From Octopus sinensis (taxonomy: Eukaryota), in assembly GCF_006345805.1 (NCBI RefSeq), contig NC_043000.1, positions 10,416,001-10,480,000 on the forward strand: a stretch of 64,000 nt of DNA, in the 5' to 3' direction. Numbering within the stretch: position 1 is the stretch's first letter; each line of letters opens with the position of its first letter. A program made the position numbers and the translations under genes. The notes beneath the pieces were generated by a model that ran no database searches, was not told the origin of the DNA, and was given only the letters and a program-made list of their open reading frames with translations. Positions 25,267-37,477 of this stretch are shown here, piece after piece.

Positions 25267-25827
25267 ATACCAGATCCACTCACAAGACACTGGTCAGTGA
25301 AGCCTATACTAGAAAACATTTGCCCAAGGTGCTACACAGTAACACTGAACCGAAAACCACACGGTTGGGAAGCAAATTTCTAAATACACAGCCATGCTTG
25401 CATCTGCCTCTTGATACACTGGGTTCAAAACCCCTGGATTTGAAACTAACATGAATTGAAGCTTCATAATTATTGTAGGTAGGTCTGCTAAATGAAACAG
25501 ATTGAAATTACTGGCAAGCATTACTCATAAAAACATGTTCCACATATAGAAAAATATGAAAATATTTTATTTCATAAAAAAAAACTACAAAGAAAGGGAA
25601 TGTCATATCTATGACCACTTAGATCGCAGTGAACTGCAATGGCTAGCAACAATATTCAGGCATAACATTAGCTTCATTTTAACAAAGTCCCGTTCATTTT
25701 TATAGATCAGTAGTACAAATATACTCTGTATACAGTGATTGATTTATAACAGAAGTAAATGGAAGTAATGTTCAGAGAAAGTTTACATGAAAACTACATA
25801 TGTATATATATATATATATATATATAC

Positions 25828-26165
25828 ACAAATAAGAAAATGGAGGAACAGATTCATTCCAAACATCGACTTACAGATATTACCAATTCATACTATTTAT
25901 TTATTAACTACATAAATAGGAACCTCAATACATCTGACTAATATAGGCAGAATGAGATACCTTTATCTACAGGCTGAAACAGCTGTAAGATCTATTTTAT
26001 GTATATTATTCTTATGGTATTATTATCTTACATATTGATGTATATTGTTTTGTTTTGTTGGATTTGGATGTTCCTATTTATGTAGTTAATAAATAAATAA
26101 TATGAATTGGTAATATCTGTAAGTCGTTGATTGGAATGAATCTGTTCCTCCATTTTCTTATTTGT
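25828..26165. mobile_element. Inverted-repeat insertion (96-bp arms, 3 mismatches) with a hammerhead relic in the spacer
   Basis: Arms 25828-25923 and 26070-26165; spacer has GAAAC-AGCT-GTA-AGATCTATT. Confidence 0.75.
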
Positions 26166-26341
26166 ATTCTGAATTTGAGGTAAAATATTTTACCTTCGTC
26201 CATCTAATACAATAAATGAATTAATTGCAATGCAATTATAAGCATTTATGTATTTGCCATTTGGGTGCTTCACCAGCAGTATATTGGATAACTGATATCC
26301 CATAGTGGGTTACACTCATAACCCCTATCTCACTTTGTACT

Positions 26342-26377
<36 letters not shown>

Positions 26378-26813
26378 CCCACTTTCAGTGCATTTTGGGG
26401 TGTCAGCATTCAGATTATTGTCAAAGGTAATGCTTATTTATTCACATTATTTCATAGTTTCGAGATTTCAATGATGTATGATGTAATTGTTTTTAACACG
26501 ACATTGTACAGAAGGTTTGAGAGGCTGGATCTGTCTGGTTTGAAAATAAAATTAGCCAGACCTGGCCTCTAGGTTGGATACGGCCGCTTTGAGCATAAAA
26601 CAGGTAGAATATTTGGACCAGATATGGCCATTTTAAATCCTAATGGGTTAAAAGTAGTAGTATCAAATTAATATAAAGAATCAGCTATGATAATTATAGC
26701 TGGTTTTTAATAGAGTGTTCTTAGTTGCAAGTGTTTGAGCCAAATTATGAGTATTGCCCTCCCTACTCTATCTAAGCCATAAATTTATTTTCTTGTTTTA
26801 AGTCAGTGGTTCT

Positions 26814-27030
26814 CAACCAGGGTCCATATACGATTTTGGGGTCCACGCAACAAAATAATTGGGGATCCACAACGGTATTATAAGGGTCCCTGAAAAACTT
26901 TTGCTTTAGAAATTTTGAAAGAAGTTTCTATAAAACTAGCTTTTAAACATTGAATGGCTTTGGGGATTCACCGGAATAAAAAAATAATCAAAAGGGATCC
27001 ACAGATAAAAAAATGGTTGAGAAACCTTTA
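26814..27030. mobile_element. hAT (Charlie/MER5-like) MITE
   Basis: CAGTGGTTCTCAACC ... GGTTGAGAAACC termini; a SINE A is inserted at its right end. Confidence 0.65.
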
Positions 27031-27192
27031 GGCGCAGGAGTGGCTGTGTGGTAAGTAGCTTGCTTACCAACCACATGGTTCCTGGTTCAGTCCCACTGCG
27101 TGGTACCTTGGGCAAGCGTCTTCTACTATAATCTCGGGCCGACCAAAGCCTTGTGAGTGGATTTGGTTGACGGAAACTGAAAGAAGCCCGTC

Positions 27193-27244
<52 letters not shown>

Positions 27245-27455
27245 ATATGTTTGTGTGTCTGTGTTTGTCCCCCGAACATTGCTTGACAACCGATGGTGGT
27301 GCGTTTACATCCCCACAATTTAGCGGTTCGGCAAAAGAGATCGATAGAATAAGTACTAGGCTTACAAAGAATAAGTCCTGGGTTCGATTTGCTCGAATAA
27401 AGGCGGTGCTCCAGCATGGCCACAGTCAAATGACTGAAACAAGTAAAAGAGAGTA
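27030..27455 (+). mobile_element. SINE family A
   Basis: Full-length match to other copies. Confidence 0.85.
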
Positions 27456-28040
27456 AACACTGTTTTAAGTGATACTAGTTACTGTTACTAACTCAAAAGG
27501 ATAAATACATTACATGCAGAAAAATTTGAAGACTTATTTATGTTAATAGTAATATCCCAAGCTCCAAATCTGAGTGAACTAAACAGTTTCCCAAAGATTA
27601 AACTGTAGTTCCTTTCAGCACTAACTCAGCAGATCTTTGATGGCAAACAACTGAGCAAAAGACACTATGAGTCTTTCTGTAACTTTCAAATTTAAAATTG
27701 TGAGGTATGCTGTCAAGTTTTAAGACTTAAAACCGAATAGTTTTGAGGGGGGGGGGATTAAGGCTATACATGTCTATGGAGTGCTCAGTCACTTGCAGGT
27801 TAATTTTATGAGCAAGCTGTTCCATTGATCAGACCAACTGAACTCTCATTGTCATAATTGACAGAGTGACAGTCACAGAGGCTCTGTAAAGGGTCATAGG
27901 TACTGCCTTCCACCCTTGACTAAAAGATAAAAATAAAATATTTGATAGGCAACACAATGACAGTATGATCTGGGCTTTTGGCTTTGTAGTAGCACAGAAC
28001 ATTAAACCTCATTATTTACACTCGACGGATATTTGTTGTT

Positions 28041-28083
28041 AACACGTTTCGGCTGATATGCCCTGCAGCCTTCTTCAGGTGTC
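28041..28083 (-). ncRNA. Hammerhead copy lacking its cleavage triplet (probably inactive)
   Basis: GACAC | CUGAAGA-A | GGCUG...CAGCC | GAAAC | GUGUU; the GUU present in the other arm is absent. Confidence 0.65.
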
Positions 28084-28326
28084 TTGGGGAAATTTTGAAC
28101 CTGGGTTCTCATTCCTAAGGTATTTTTCGATGTTAATATTATTGTTGTTAGTGTTCAGGTCACTGCTTGGAATCGAACTCAGAATCTTGGGGTTAGTAGC
28201 CCGCGCTCTTAACCACTAAGCCATATGCTCACAATTCCAAGCAGTGACCTAAACACTAACAGTAATAATAATAACATTGAAAAATACCTTAAGGTATATA
28301 AATACCCAGGTTCGAAATTTCCCCAA

Positions 28327-28372
28327 GACGCCTGATGAAGGCTGGAGGGTATATCAGTCGAAACGTTGTGTT
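28327..28372 (+). ncRNA. Minimal type-I hammerhead ribozyme (extra A after A9)
   Basis: GACGC | CUGAUGA-A | GGCUG-GAGGGUAUAU-CAGUC | GAAAC-GUU | GUGUU; predicted cut after 28367. Confidence 0.78.
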
Positions 28373-29175
28373 AACAACAAACAAGATGAGGACAAATATC
28401 CGTCTAATGTAAATACTGTACATAATTCCTCATCTCTAGAACTGTATTAAACCTCATAATTGAAATCTACATTAAAATAGAGTCTAGGTGTATGTATGTA
28501 TTTTAGAATAAGGCACACTGAAATGGAAGGTGAATTAACCAACTATAATATAGTGTAAGACAGAAATGTGCAAGATGAAAAGTAGAAAAATATTTTAAAA
28601 TTTAGACATGAATTTGCAGCAACCTTTTAGCATTTAAACCAGCCAAATCTGGCAAAAATATTCTACCTGCTTTATGTTCAATCTGGCCATATGTGGCCTC
28701 TCATACCAACCCTACAATATCATTGAAAAAATTAAGTTCCGTCATCAAAATCTTAAAGCTGCAAGATAATGCACGATTAATTGAAAACAATGTGAATGCT
28801 TAAGGGTTAAAAAGATTGAGTGACAAGGTAGAAAATAACACCTAGTTTAAATTTCTTATACATTGAGATGGACCCTAAATCAGAAATATAGCTAAGAAAT
28901 AATTCTCATGAAAGAATTATAAATATTTTTTTTAATGACCGTGATCAATAATTGAAACATAAACATTGACGAGATTTTATGAAGAATTAAATTTTATATC
29001 TTAAAATTGGTTCGGTAACAATTTTGAAGTATACAATGATTCTTGATAAAAGTGAACGAAATGACATTAGTGGAAGCGGAGAATGGTGTTTTAATCAAGA
29101 TAGTTATACACATTAATTAATTTAGCAAAGACAGACATCCTCATATAAACTGGAGTGAAATATAAAACGTCTGAC

Positions 29176-30087
29176 TTAGTTAGCCCACCGCCATTTCTGT
29201 CTTTGAAAGTTCTGTTGATGAGCTTTCTGTGCCATGCGAGTCATCACACCTCTCTGGACAGGAGGATGTGTATTGGGAAAACGGATAGGGGTTCCACTGT
29301 TACTCCGGGTCGTCATAGCACCAGTGTGAAGGGGATTATTAACATTGGCTGAACGAGTATTTGCACCAAAATGTGGTGAATCTGGGACATGGCGAGCAGA
29401 AGCCATGGCACCAGGGTGGCCAGGTGTGTTTGCACTAGCTGACCGAGTATTTGCGCCTGGAGTTGGTGCATTTGAAACGGTACCAGTGGAACCTGCAGCA
29501 CCAGAATTAACAGTCTGATGGTTTGGATTTCTATTATTTGGTGTTTTTGGAATGGTCTCAGCTGGAGCAGTTTTCGATGAAAAAGAGCTAGCTGGAACAG
29601 TTTTCGTAGAAACAGAGCTAGCTGGAGCAGTTTTCGCAGAAGCAGCGCTAGCTTTAGCTGGAGTCTTTGCAGTTGATGCTGCAGAGGTACTCGCCTTATT
29701 TTGTGGGGTCTTTTTAACAACAGTGTTAACATTCGTATTAGAGGTACCTACTGCAGCAGACAAAACTTCATCTAAATTAATTTCAGTTATGTCTGTTGTA
29801 GAGAATTCTTTTGCAATGATAGGAGTAAGTAACTGAGCTGTTCTGGTCATTCGTGGTGAAACAGTTGCTGTAGCCTCTGGAGATTTCTGCAGGGACGAAC
29901 TCGCTTTTGGAGATGTGGTTTTCTTTGATGATTTAGATGGTGAAAGTAAAGACTTCCGTGGTTGTGGGTCTTTCACGGAAGAGTCTGTTTCGTCTACAAT
30001 AAAACTTGATTTTGGAGGAGGCTGCTGAGGTGATGACCACATGCTGAGTAGGTTACGCACATGACGCAGTTGACAGAAAGGAGATGT
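29176..30087 (-). CDS. ZC3HC1: ZC3HC1/NIPA exon 9 (terminal; includes long low-complexity tail)
   Basis: atttctag acceptor, phase 0; TSPFCQLRHVRNLLSMWSS corresponds to the human terminal helix (KSRKVFRIFRQWES); 912-nt open frame to the stop. Confidence 0.85.
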   Translation of the reverse strand, partial: TSPFCQLRHVRNLLSMWSSPQQPPPKSSFIVDETDSSVKDPQPRKSLLSPSKSSKKTTSPKASSSLQKSPEATATVSPRMTRTAQLLTPIIAKEFSTTDITEINLDEVLSAAVGTSNTNVNTVVKKTPQNKASTSAASTAKTPAKASAASAKTAPASSVSTKTVPASSFSSKTAPAETIPKTPNNRNPNHQTVNSGAAGSTGTVSNAPTPGANTRSASANTPGHPGAMASARHVPDSPHFGANTRSANVNNPLHTGAMTTRSNSGTPIRFPNTHPPVQRGVMTRMAQKAHQQNFQRQKWRWAN

Positions 30088-30282
30088 CTAGAAATACATA
30101 AAAAGAAAACAACAGTTTGATATTTTAGAATGAAAAAGGAAAATAACATCATCATCATCATTGTTTAGCATCCATCTTCCATGCTATCATGGGTGGGACA
30201 GTTCCACAAGAGATGGCCAGGCCGAAGCCTGCACCAGACTTCTGTTAACTGAAGTATAAAACTAAAACATATAACTGAGAAT

Positions 30283-30510
30283 GAGGAGACGAGCTGGCAG
30301 AATCGTTAGCATGCAGGGCGAAATGCTTAGCAGTATATCGTCTGCCGCTACGTTTTGAGTTCAAATTCCGTCGAGGTCGACTTTGCCTTTCATCCTTTCG
30401 GGGTCAATAAATTAAGTACCAGTTACGCACTGGGGTCCATGTAATCGACTTAATCCTTTTGTCTGTCCCCTCTATGTTTAGCCCCTTGTGGGCAATAAAG
30501 AAATAAGAAT
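30283..30510 (+). mobile_element. SINE family C
   Basis: Full length; AGAATGAGGAG occurs at both ends (30278-30288, 30506-30516), a likely TSD. Confidence 0.85.
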
Positions 30511-31083
30511 GAGGAGGTAGACAGACATAGCAAAGTATGTTTTAGTAGTACATGGGACTAGTAGTATGGTGGACAGAGACTTAGCATAAGGGATTGATAA
30601 GGTTGACAAACACTCAGTAAATGGGGTTAGATGTGATAGACAAAGACTTAGCAAAAAGGGGCTGAATGTAGTACACAAACACTTAATAAAATGGGTTACG
30701 TACAGTAAGGCAGAAACTTAGTTAATGGTCAAGAGGCAGATAGTAACTTAGTGAATTTGTGTGTGATATATGTGTTTTACTGAAACTGCTACTCAGAGTT
30801 TCATGTAACTGAATACCAGAATATCATGAGTATTTTGAATAATACTATGGTTTATAAATGTTTGTGAATGTTAAAATGATAACTGTTTAGCAACTCATCA
30901 AATAAACATTTAAACCTGATTGGACAGAGCATTATTACTTTTTCGAAACGATGAGAATCTGTTGGATGAAAACAACTGGCCATATCGGAAAAACATAAAT
31001 TGCCTTATGTATGTGGAAATAATAAACTCAAAGGAAAAAAAAAGTCCCTTTAGAAATCAATAGTACAAGCAAAATAGGTATAT

Positions 31084-31490
31084 AGGTGCAGGAGTGGCTG
31101 TGTGGTAAGTAGCTTGCTTATGAACCACATGGCTCCAGGTTCAGTCCCACAGCGCGGCACCTTGGGCAAGTGTTTTCTACCATAGCTTTGGGCTGACCAA
31201 AGCCTTGTGAGTGGATTTAGTAGACGGAAACTGAAAGAAGCCCATCGTATATATGTATGTATGTGTGTGTGTATATGTTTGTGTGTCTGTTTGTCCCCAC
31301 AACATTGCTTGACAACTGATGCTGGTGTGTTTACGTCCCCGTAACTTAGTGGCTCGGCAAAAGAGACCGATAGACTAAGTACTAGGCTTCCAAAGAATAA
31401 GTCCTGGGGTCGATTTGCTCGACTAAAAGGCGGTGCTCCAGCATGGCCACAGTCAAATGACTGAAACAAGTAAAAAGAGTAAAGAGAGTA
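31084..31490 (+). mobile_element. SINE family A
   Basis: Full-length match. Confidence 0.85.
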
Positions 31491-31779
31491 TATGAGATAA
31501 AAATTAAAACTGAAGTTAAAAGTTAAGACATAAGCAAATAAGTATCACACACACGAAAAAAGTATAAAATAAAAGCAAAATTAAATAAGTAAGATTACCG
31601 TAAAGAAAGAAAGGTGAAGTTGCAGACATGGTAGAAAAACGAATACATAGAGGCAAAAAACGAAGTGGGGGTGGAGAGAGAAAAAGGGAAGAAACCAGAG
31701 TATTGTTCAGTGACTCATGACGACCAGTTCCATGAAACTCATTTGTGCAGCCTTTATATTGCATATTGTAGTTGTGATA

Positions 31780-32352
31780 CCTGTGCCAGTGGGACGTAAA
31801 AGGCACCATCCGAACGTGGCTGATGCCAGCGCCGCCTCGACTGGCTTCCATGCCGGTGGCACATAAAAAGCACCAACCGATCGTGGCCATTGCCAACCTC
31901 CCCTGGCACGTAAAAAGCACCCACTACACCCACGGAGTGGTTGGTGTTAGGAAGGGCATCCAGCTGTAGAAATACTGCCAGATCAGACTGGTGCAGTCTC
32001 CTGGCTTCCCAGACCCTGGTTGAACCGGCCAACCCATGCTAGCATGGAAAAATTACAAAAAAGAAGAAAAATATCTATTCATTTTATAATTTCTGCTAAG
32101 GTGTCCCATCCCAGTGGTACGTAAAAAGCACCAACCGATCGTGGCCATTTCCAGCCTCCCCTGGCACTTGTGCCGGTGGCATGTAAAAAGCACCCACTAC
32201 ACTCACGGAGTGGTTGGCGTTAGGAAGGGCAGCCAGCTGTAGAAATACTGCCAGATCAGACTGGAGCCTGGCGCAGCCTCCTGGCTTCCCAGACCCCGGT
32301 CGAACCATCCAACCCATGCTAGCATGGAAAACAGACGTTAAACGATGATGAT
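31780..32352 (+). mobile_element. Two adjacent SINE family B copies
   Basis: About 31780-32050 and 32105-32352, same orientation. Confidence 0.8.
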
Positions 32353-32422
32353 GATATTATAACCTAATGAAATAAAATCAAGATTATCAAATAAAAATAT
32401 TCCCACTAGTGACATGGCTTAC

Positions 32423-32683
32423 CTTTTCAGGACTGGTGGAATCACAGATACCAAAATATTCTGCCAGGATAATACAAATCTCAGCCCAGGCAACTATTTT
32501 CTTCTTTGAAGGTGAGTCCTGATCAGCATGTACTGAGACAACTCCTGAAGTACATTTTTCCACTGCATCATTTAACAGGTTCAATTCCATTTCTAGCACC
32601 TCTGCAGTTTGGCATGATTCAATGTTCACCCAGGGACACCAGTTGCGGTGCTCTGAAACAGGGTCTAAGCTATCTTTAATACT
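32423..32683 (-). CDS. ZC3HC1: ZC3HC1 exon 8
   Basis: SIKDSLDPVSEHRNWCPWVNI resembles human FFDPTSQHRDWCPWVNI; tttcag/GTAAGC, phase 0-0, 261 nt. Confidence 0.93.
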
Positions 32684-33370
32684 CTGAAATAGAATTTTTA
32701 AAAATTTATGTATAGACACAGGCAAAGCTATGTGGTTAGAAAGTTCACTTCATAACTATGTGGTTTCAGGTTCAATCCCACACTGCAATGCTCTTGGTAA
32801 CAGCCTTCTACAATGACCCAGGTCCACCAATGCCTTATGAGTGGATCTGGTTAAGGTCCACCTATTGTGTATGTGTATGCATGCATATGCCTTTATTTTT
32901 GTACCCCCACCACACAACTGCTTAGCAGCCAGTGTTGGTTTGTTTATGTCTCATCACTTAGAAGTTCGGCAGAATAAGTACTAGATTTCAAAAAAGGTAC
33001 TGAGGTCAACTTGATTGACAACACCCATCAAAGTAGTGCCCCAGCATGGTCACATTCTAATGACTGAAACAAGTAAAAGAATGAAATATAAAAAAATATA
33101 AATAATGAAAGAAAAGAAAAACAAATGTGACATAAAACTTGAAACTCCTACAAGAGATATAGTCTTCACCAGTAAAATATTTTACACAACTTCTTTATAA
33201 GTATTGAGATACAATCAACAATCCTATTTCATAACAGTGTAGGAAAAAGTGTAACTAACTATACAACACTGACTTAAGATGTAGTGGTCATTAGTTGGGA
33301 AGGACAGAACTATATGACACTGGTTTTAGAGATAGTGGTAAGTGGTGTGTGAGTGTATATATATATATAT

Positions 33371-33755
33371 AGGCGCAGGAGTGGCTGTGTGGTAAGTAGC
33401 TTGTTTACCAACCACATGGTTCCAGGTTCAGTCCCATTGCATGGCACCTTGGGCAAGTGTCTTCTACTTTAGCCTCGGGCCAACCAAAGCCTTGTGAGTG
33501 GATTTGGTAGACGGAAACTGAAAGAAGCCCGTCGTATATATGTATACATATATATGCGTGTGTGTGTTTGTCCCCCTAGCATTGCCTGACAACCGATGCT
33601 GATGTGTTTATGTCCCCATTACTTAGCGGTTCGGCAAAAGAGACCGATAGAAGTACTGGGCCTACAAAAGAATAAGTCCCGGGGTCGAGCTGCTCGATTA
33701 AAGGCGGTGCTCTAGCATGGCCGCAGTCAAATGACTGAAACAAGTAAAAGAGAGA
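33371..33755 (+). mobile_element. SINE family A
   Basis: Full-length match. Confidence 0.85.
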
Positions 33756-35050
33756 GTATATATATATATATATATACAGATATATATATATACCAAGGCC
33801 TATTCTCCAATTTTTAGGAAGGGATAACCACAAGACACACACCAAGCATTCCATTCATTTTCCAGCTCAAAGAGGCAAGCTCTGTCCTGTGCTCAGGTTA
33901 GGGCATAGAACACAACTCCCAAATTCACTCATCTGTCCACTAATGCTCTCCAAGCTTTCCTATCATTTATAAACTCTCTTGCCTTTCTCACTCCAACACC
34001 TCTAACCACCAAAGCTTTCCTCACTCCATCCATCCATCCAAACCGAGGTCTGCCTCTGGTTATGTTGCCTACCACTTCTCCCTTCATCACCCTCTTTGCC
34101 ATCTACTCTTCATCCATCTGTTTAATGTCCATTTTCGATGCTGGTATGGGTTAGACGGTCTGAGAGAAGCTGACCAGGCTTCAACTGTCTGTTTTGGCAT
34201 AGTTTCTATGGCTAGATACCCTTCCTAATGCCAACCATTTTACAAAGTGTACTGGGTGCTTTTTACATGCCACCATCATGGAGGCTTTTACATGGCACCA
34301 GCACAATTACATTTCACCCAGTACCAGCACGAGTGCATCCTGTGTGGTAGCAGCACTTGTAAGACAAAGACTTCTCAGCTGTAAAGGACATGTGGCAATG
34401 TTTTCAAGTTTGAGTTAATGGTTAAAGAAGAAACTTTAAAACTATTTCAACATAACTTTACTACTGCCATTTGATTTCTTTTGTTTGGTTTTATAGCCCA
34501 TCGCTCCCTATGGTGGATAGAGCATTGAGGAATTTTTCATCACTGTCCTTGACTTAAGGCTGCCCTAAAGCTTTCTACTCCCAGTTCTTGTTGGTGTTGA
34601 ACTGTCATTGATGCTTCCCTAACTTTGCTTCTTTCTAAATAGGACTTTACACAAACCCATTTTTACTTCTGGGAGCTGGTCCATTTCAGTTCTGGCCTCT
34701 ATCCTTTGATCTGTCCAACAGGGGAAAACCTACCAGGAACTTGAACTCTGCTGGTTTAGCTCACAGGGTCAATGAGACATACAAGCCACTACACTGCAAT
34801 GAGGATAGGACCTTGTAGAAGGCTGCCACATGTGAATACACAGTAAATCATCACTGATAAACAACATTATAGCAGCAATTATGAAATCTGTTACCACTTC
34901 CAAATATTAAGATCCCTTAAATGGGACCAAACCAATGATTAGCATCTGATCCCTTCAGTCTAAACAGTAAATCCTAGTAGCATCAGTAAACAGTAACAAA
35001 CAACATAGAACGCATCAAATTATAGAAAGTTTACAATAACTGATACTCAC

Positions 35051-35231
35051 AAGTTTAATGCGCTTCTCATTCACAGTATTATTAGATTTCTTTCTTTTCC
35101 TTGTATGTGGTGTCTCTGGTGCTTTTGTGAATACATGCCCATTTAAATTAGGTGAAGATGCAACCCGAACATAATTCCACAACGCAATATGACGCTGGCA
35201 GTACTTGCAGATAATCACATCATTATTCTGG
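35051..35231 (-). CDS. ZC3HC1: ZC3HC1 exon 7
   Basis: SQNNDVIICKYCQRHIALWNY resembles human LITCSQCMRKVGLWGF; basic RKRKK...KRIKL; acceptor ctctttgtattaacag (phase 2), donor GTGAGT. Confidence 0.9.
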
Positions 35232-35384
35232 CTGTTAATACAAAGAGAGTAATTTTTAAACCAAAGGGACTTTCCCTGGATGAAATATTGCTGCCAAAAA
35301 GCATTTAAACAAAACATACATTAACTATGTGACATCAATAATGTTTACATTGTTAGAGCTGCTGCTAAATCGAAATTTAATTTC

Positions 35385-35880
35385 ATCATCATCATCATCA
35401 TTTAGCATCCGTTTTCCTAGCTAGCATGGGTTGGACGGTTTAACTGGGGTCTGTGAAGCCGGAAGGCTTCATCAGGCCCAGTCTGATTTGGCAGTGTTTC
35501 TACGGCTGGATGCCCTTCCTAACGCCAACCACTCCGCGAGTGTAGTGGGTGTTTTTTACGTGCCACCTGCACAGGTGCCAGACAGAGCTGGCACAACAGC
35601 CACGAACGGATGGTGCTTTTACGTGTCACCGGCACGGGGCCAGCCGAGGCTGGCAACGAACACGAGCGGATGGTGCTTTTACGTGCCACCGACACGGGGC
35701 CAGACAGAGCTGGCAAACGGCCACAAACGGACGGTGCTTTTACGTGTCACCGGCACGGGGGCCAGCCAATGCGTGTGTGTATGTGTTTTCATGTGCATGT
35801 CTGCATATATATATATACATGTGCCACTGTATAGTGGTTGGTGTTAGGAAGGGCATCCAGCCATAGAAACCATGCCACAA
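35385..35880 (-). mobile_element. SINE family B with about three internal 60-bp units
   Basis: (CAT)n on +, repeated ACGGATGGTGCTTTTACGTG units. Confidence 0.85.
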
Positions 35881-37116
35881 GAGATCCTATATTTTTGTAG
35901 TCTCCATTTCATTTTTCAAAAACCAATTTATTTGTACTTATCCGGTTCTGATCTACAGCGGATTTCATCTTGGTGCCGCCAACTATCAATCTCTGGTCAA
36001 GTCAACTTGCAGTTATTTGGCAATCCTGCATCAAGTCATAATTTCTCTTTAATTACTTTTAAGCTGAGTGGAAGGAGACAAAGACTCCTAACTTTTTAGA
36101 CATGACACAGATAATATATCCAGCAGGGCCAACATAACTAAAGACCAACAGACATCAACTGATAGCTTGTAAGGCAACACAAAGTTTGTAACAGTCTATA
36201 TTGGTTTATCGTATCAATATTGTTAATCTAAAACTCAGTTGGGTTATTTACACTGAATGCCTAGCACTTATCAACCTTCCAATTTGCCATTCTGATTTTA
36301 AAAAAAAGAAGCATTCTGAACAATTTAAGTTGGAAATAACAGGCTCAGTGACTGGACTTTGGATAGTTGTCTATCAAAACTGTACCACTGATTAAACTTC
36401 AGAGCATGTTCCATCTCCTATTCTTAAATTAGATATTATAAGCATTTTTATTTCTTGCTTTTTAATAATTAGGAAGAGAATTTGTTAGTCACTTAGTACA
36501 AGCAAGATAGGCTACACTATTAATGTCCAACAGAGCAATCTGCCCTCCCTTGGATTGACATTCATAATCATAAATAACTCATGGAGTTGTTGGCATTAGG
36601 AAGGGCATCCAGCTGTAGAAACACTGCCAGATCAGACTGGAGCCTGGTGCAGCCTCCTGGCTTCCCAGACCCCGGTCGAATCATCCAACCCATGCTAGCA
36701 TGGAAAACGGACGTTAAATGAAGATGATGATGATGAACTCACAACCATTGTTTTTCTTGTCTCCATCTCAAATTACTGTTTAAAATGTTTAATAATAATA
36801 TTTGCACTGAAATCTCTCATATTAAGCTTATGTATAGTTGTTACAACATTAGCTAGACAGGTAACTACATGTTGCTCAACCTACTAGAAATAACAGCCAA
36901 ATTACCTACAAGAGTAGTTACATCTTACCATTTAAAAAAACGGAAGGGTACATTGTAGAATTAAATAAACTGTCTGAAAATATGACGAGATAGCTAAAAC
37001 ACAATTTATGTATCTATTGTTATTGCCTTTTTCCACAAAAATTGAAGGAAAAACTTGTAAAAGTAATGAGTAATAGTAATCTTATTCAACAGTAATAAAT
37101 AGATAGGAGAACTAAC

Positions 37117-37238
37117 CTTGTTGACCACCCACACACAGCAAGTGGTAATAATTTGTTGAAGTTAGGTTTTAAATCAGATTCTATGAATTTGGCTTCAAAG
37201 ATTTCACACAACTTATTCCAAAAGTTTGGTAAGAGTAC
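37117..37238 (-). CDS. ZC3HC1: ZC3HC1 exon 6
   Basis: VLLPNFW...LLPLAVCGWST resembles human ACILSVCGWACS; tctttgtag/GTTAGT, phase 0-2. Confidence 0.9.
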
Positions 37239-37348
37239 CTACAAAGAGAAAGAAATATCAAGAAACCATTGAAGAAACAAATATTGTGGACAGCTTGCTG
37301 ACAACATACAGATACATTATAGCACTCAACAGAATGATGTTGTTGTTC

Positions 37349-37382
<34 letters not shown>

Positions 37383-37477
37383 GGTGGTGCACTAGTATGA
37401 CCACAAGAACAATAATGTGTAAAATCTGTTAAGGACGAACAAGGATCTATGTTGAAGATATAAAGATTTCCCACAGT

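Larger units (their letters stand above)
28013..28445. mobile_element. Palindromic tRNA-headed, hammerhead-tailed (Penelope-type) element with 12-bp TSD
   Basis: ATTAAACCTCAT at 28001-28012 and 28446-28457; arms about 28013-28172 and 28235-28415; A box (28213-28223) and B box (28169-28178) on the minus strand. Confidence 0.85.

Noticed and set aside
35232-35275. Upstream acceptor (tccag|GGA) for ZC3HC1 exon 7
   Set aside because: Phase 0, incompatible with the phase-2 donor of exon 6; the acceptor at 35231 fits.
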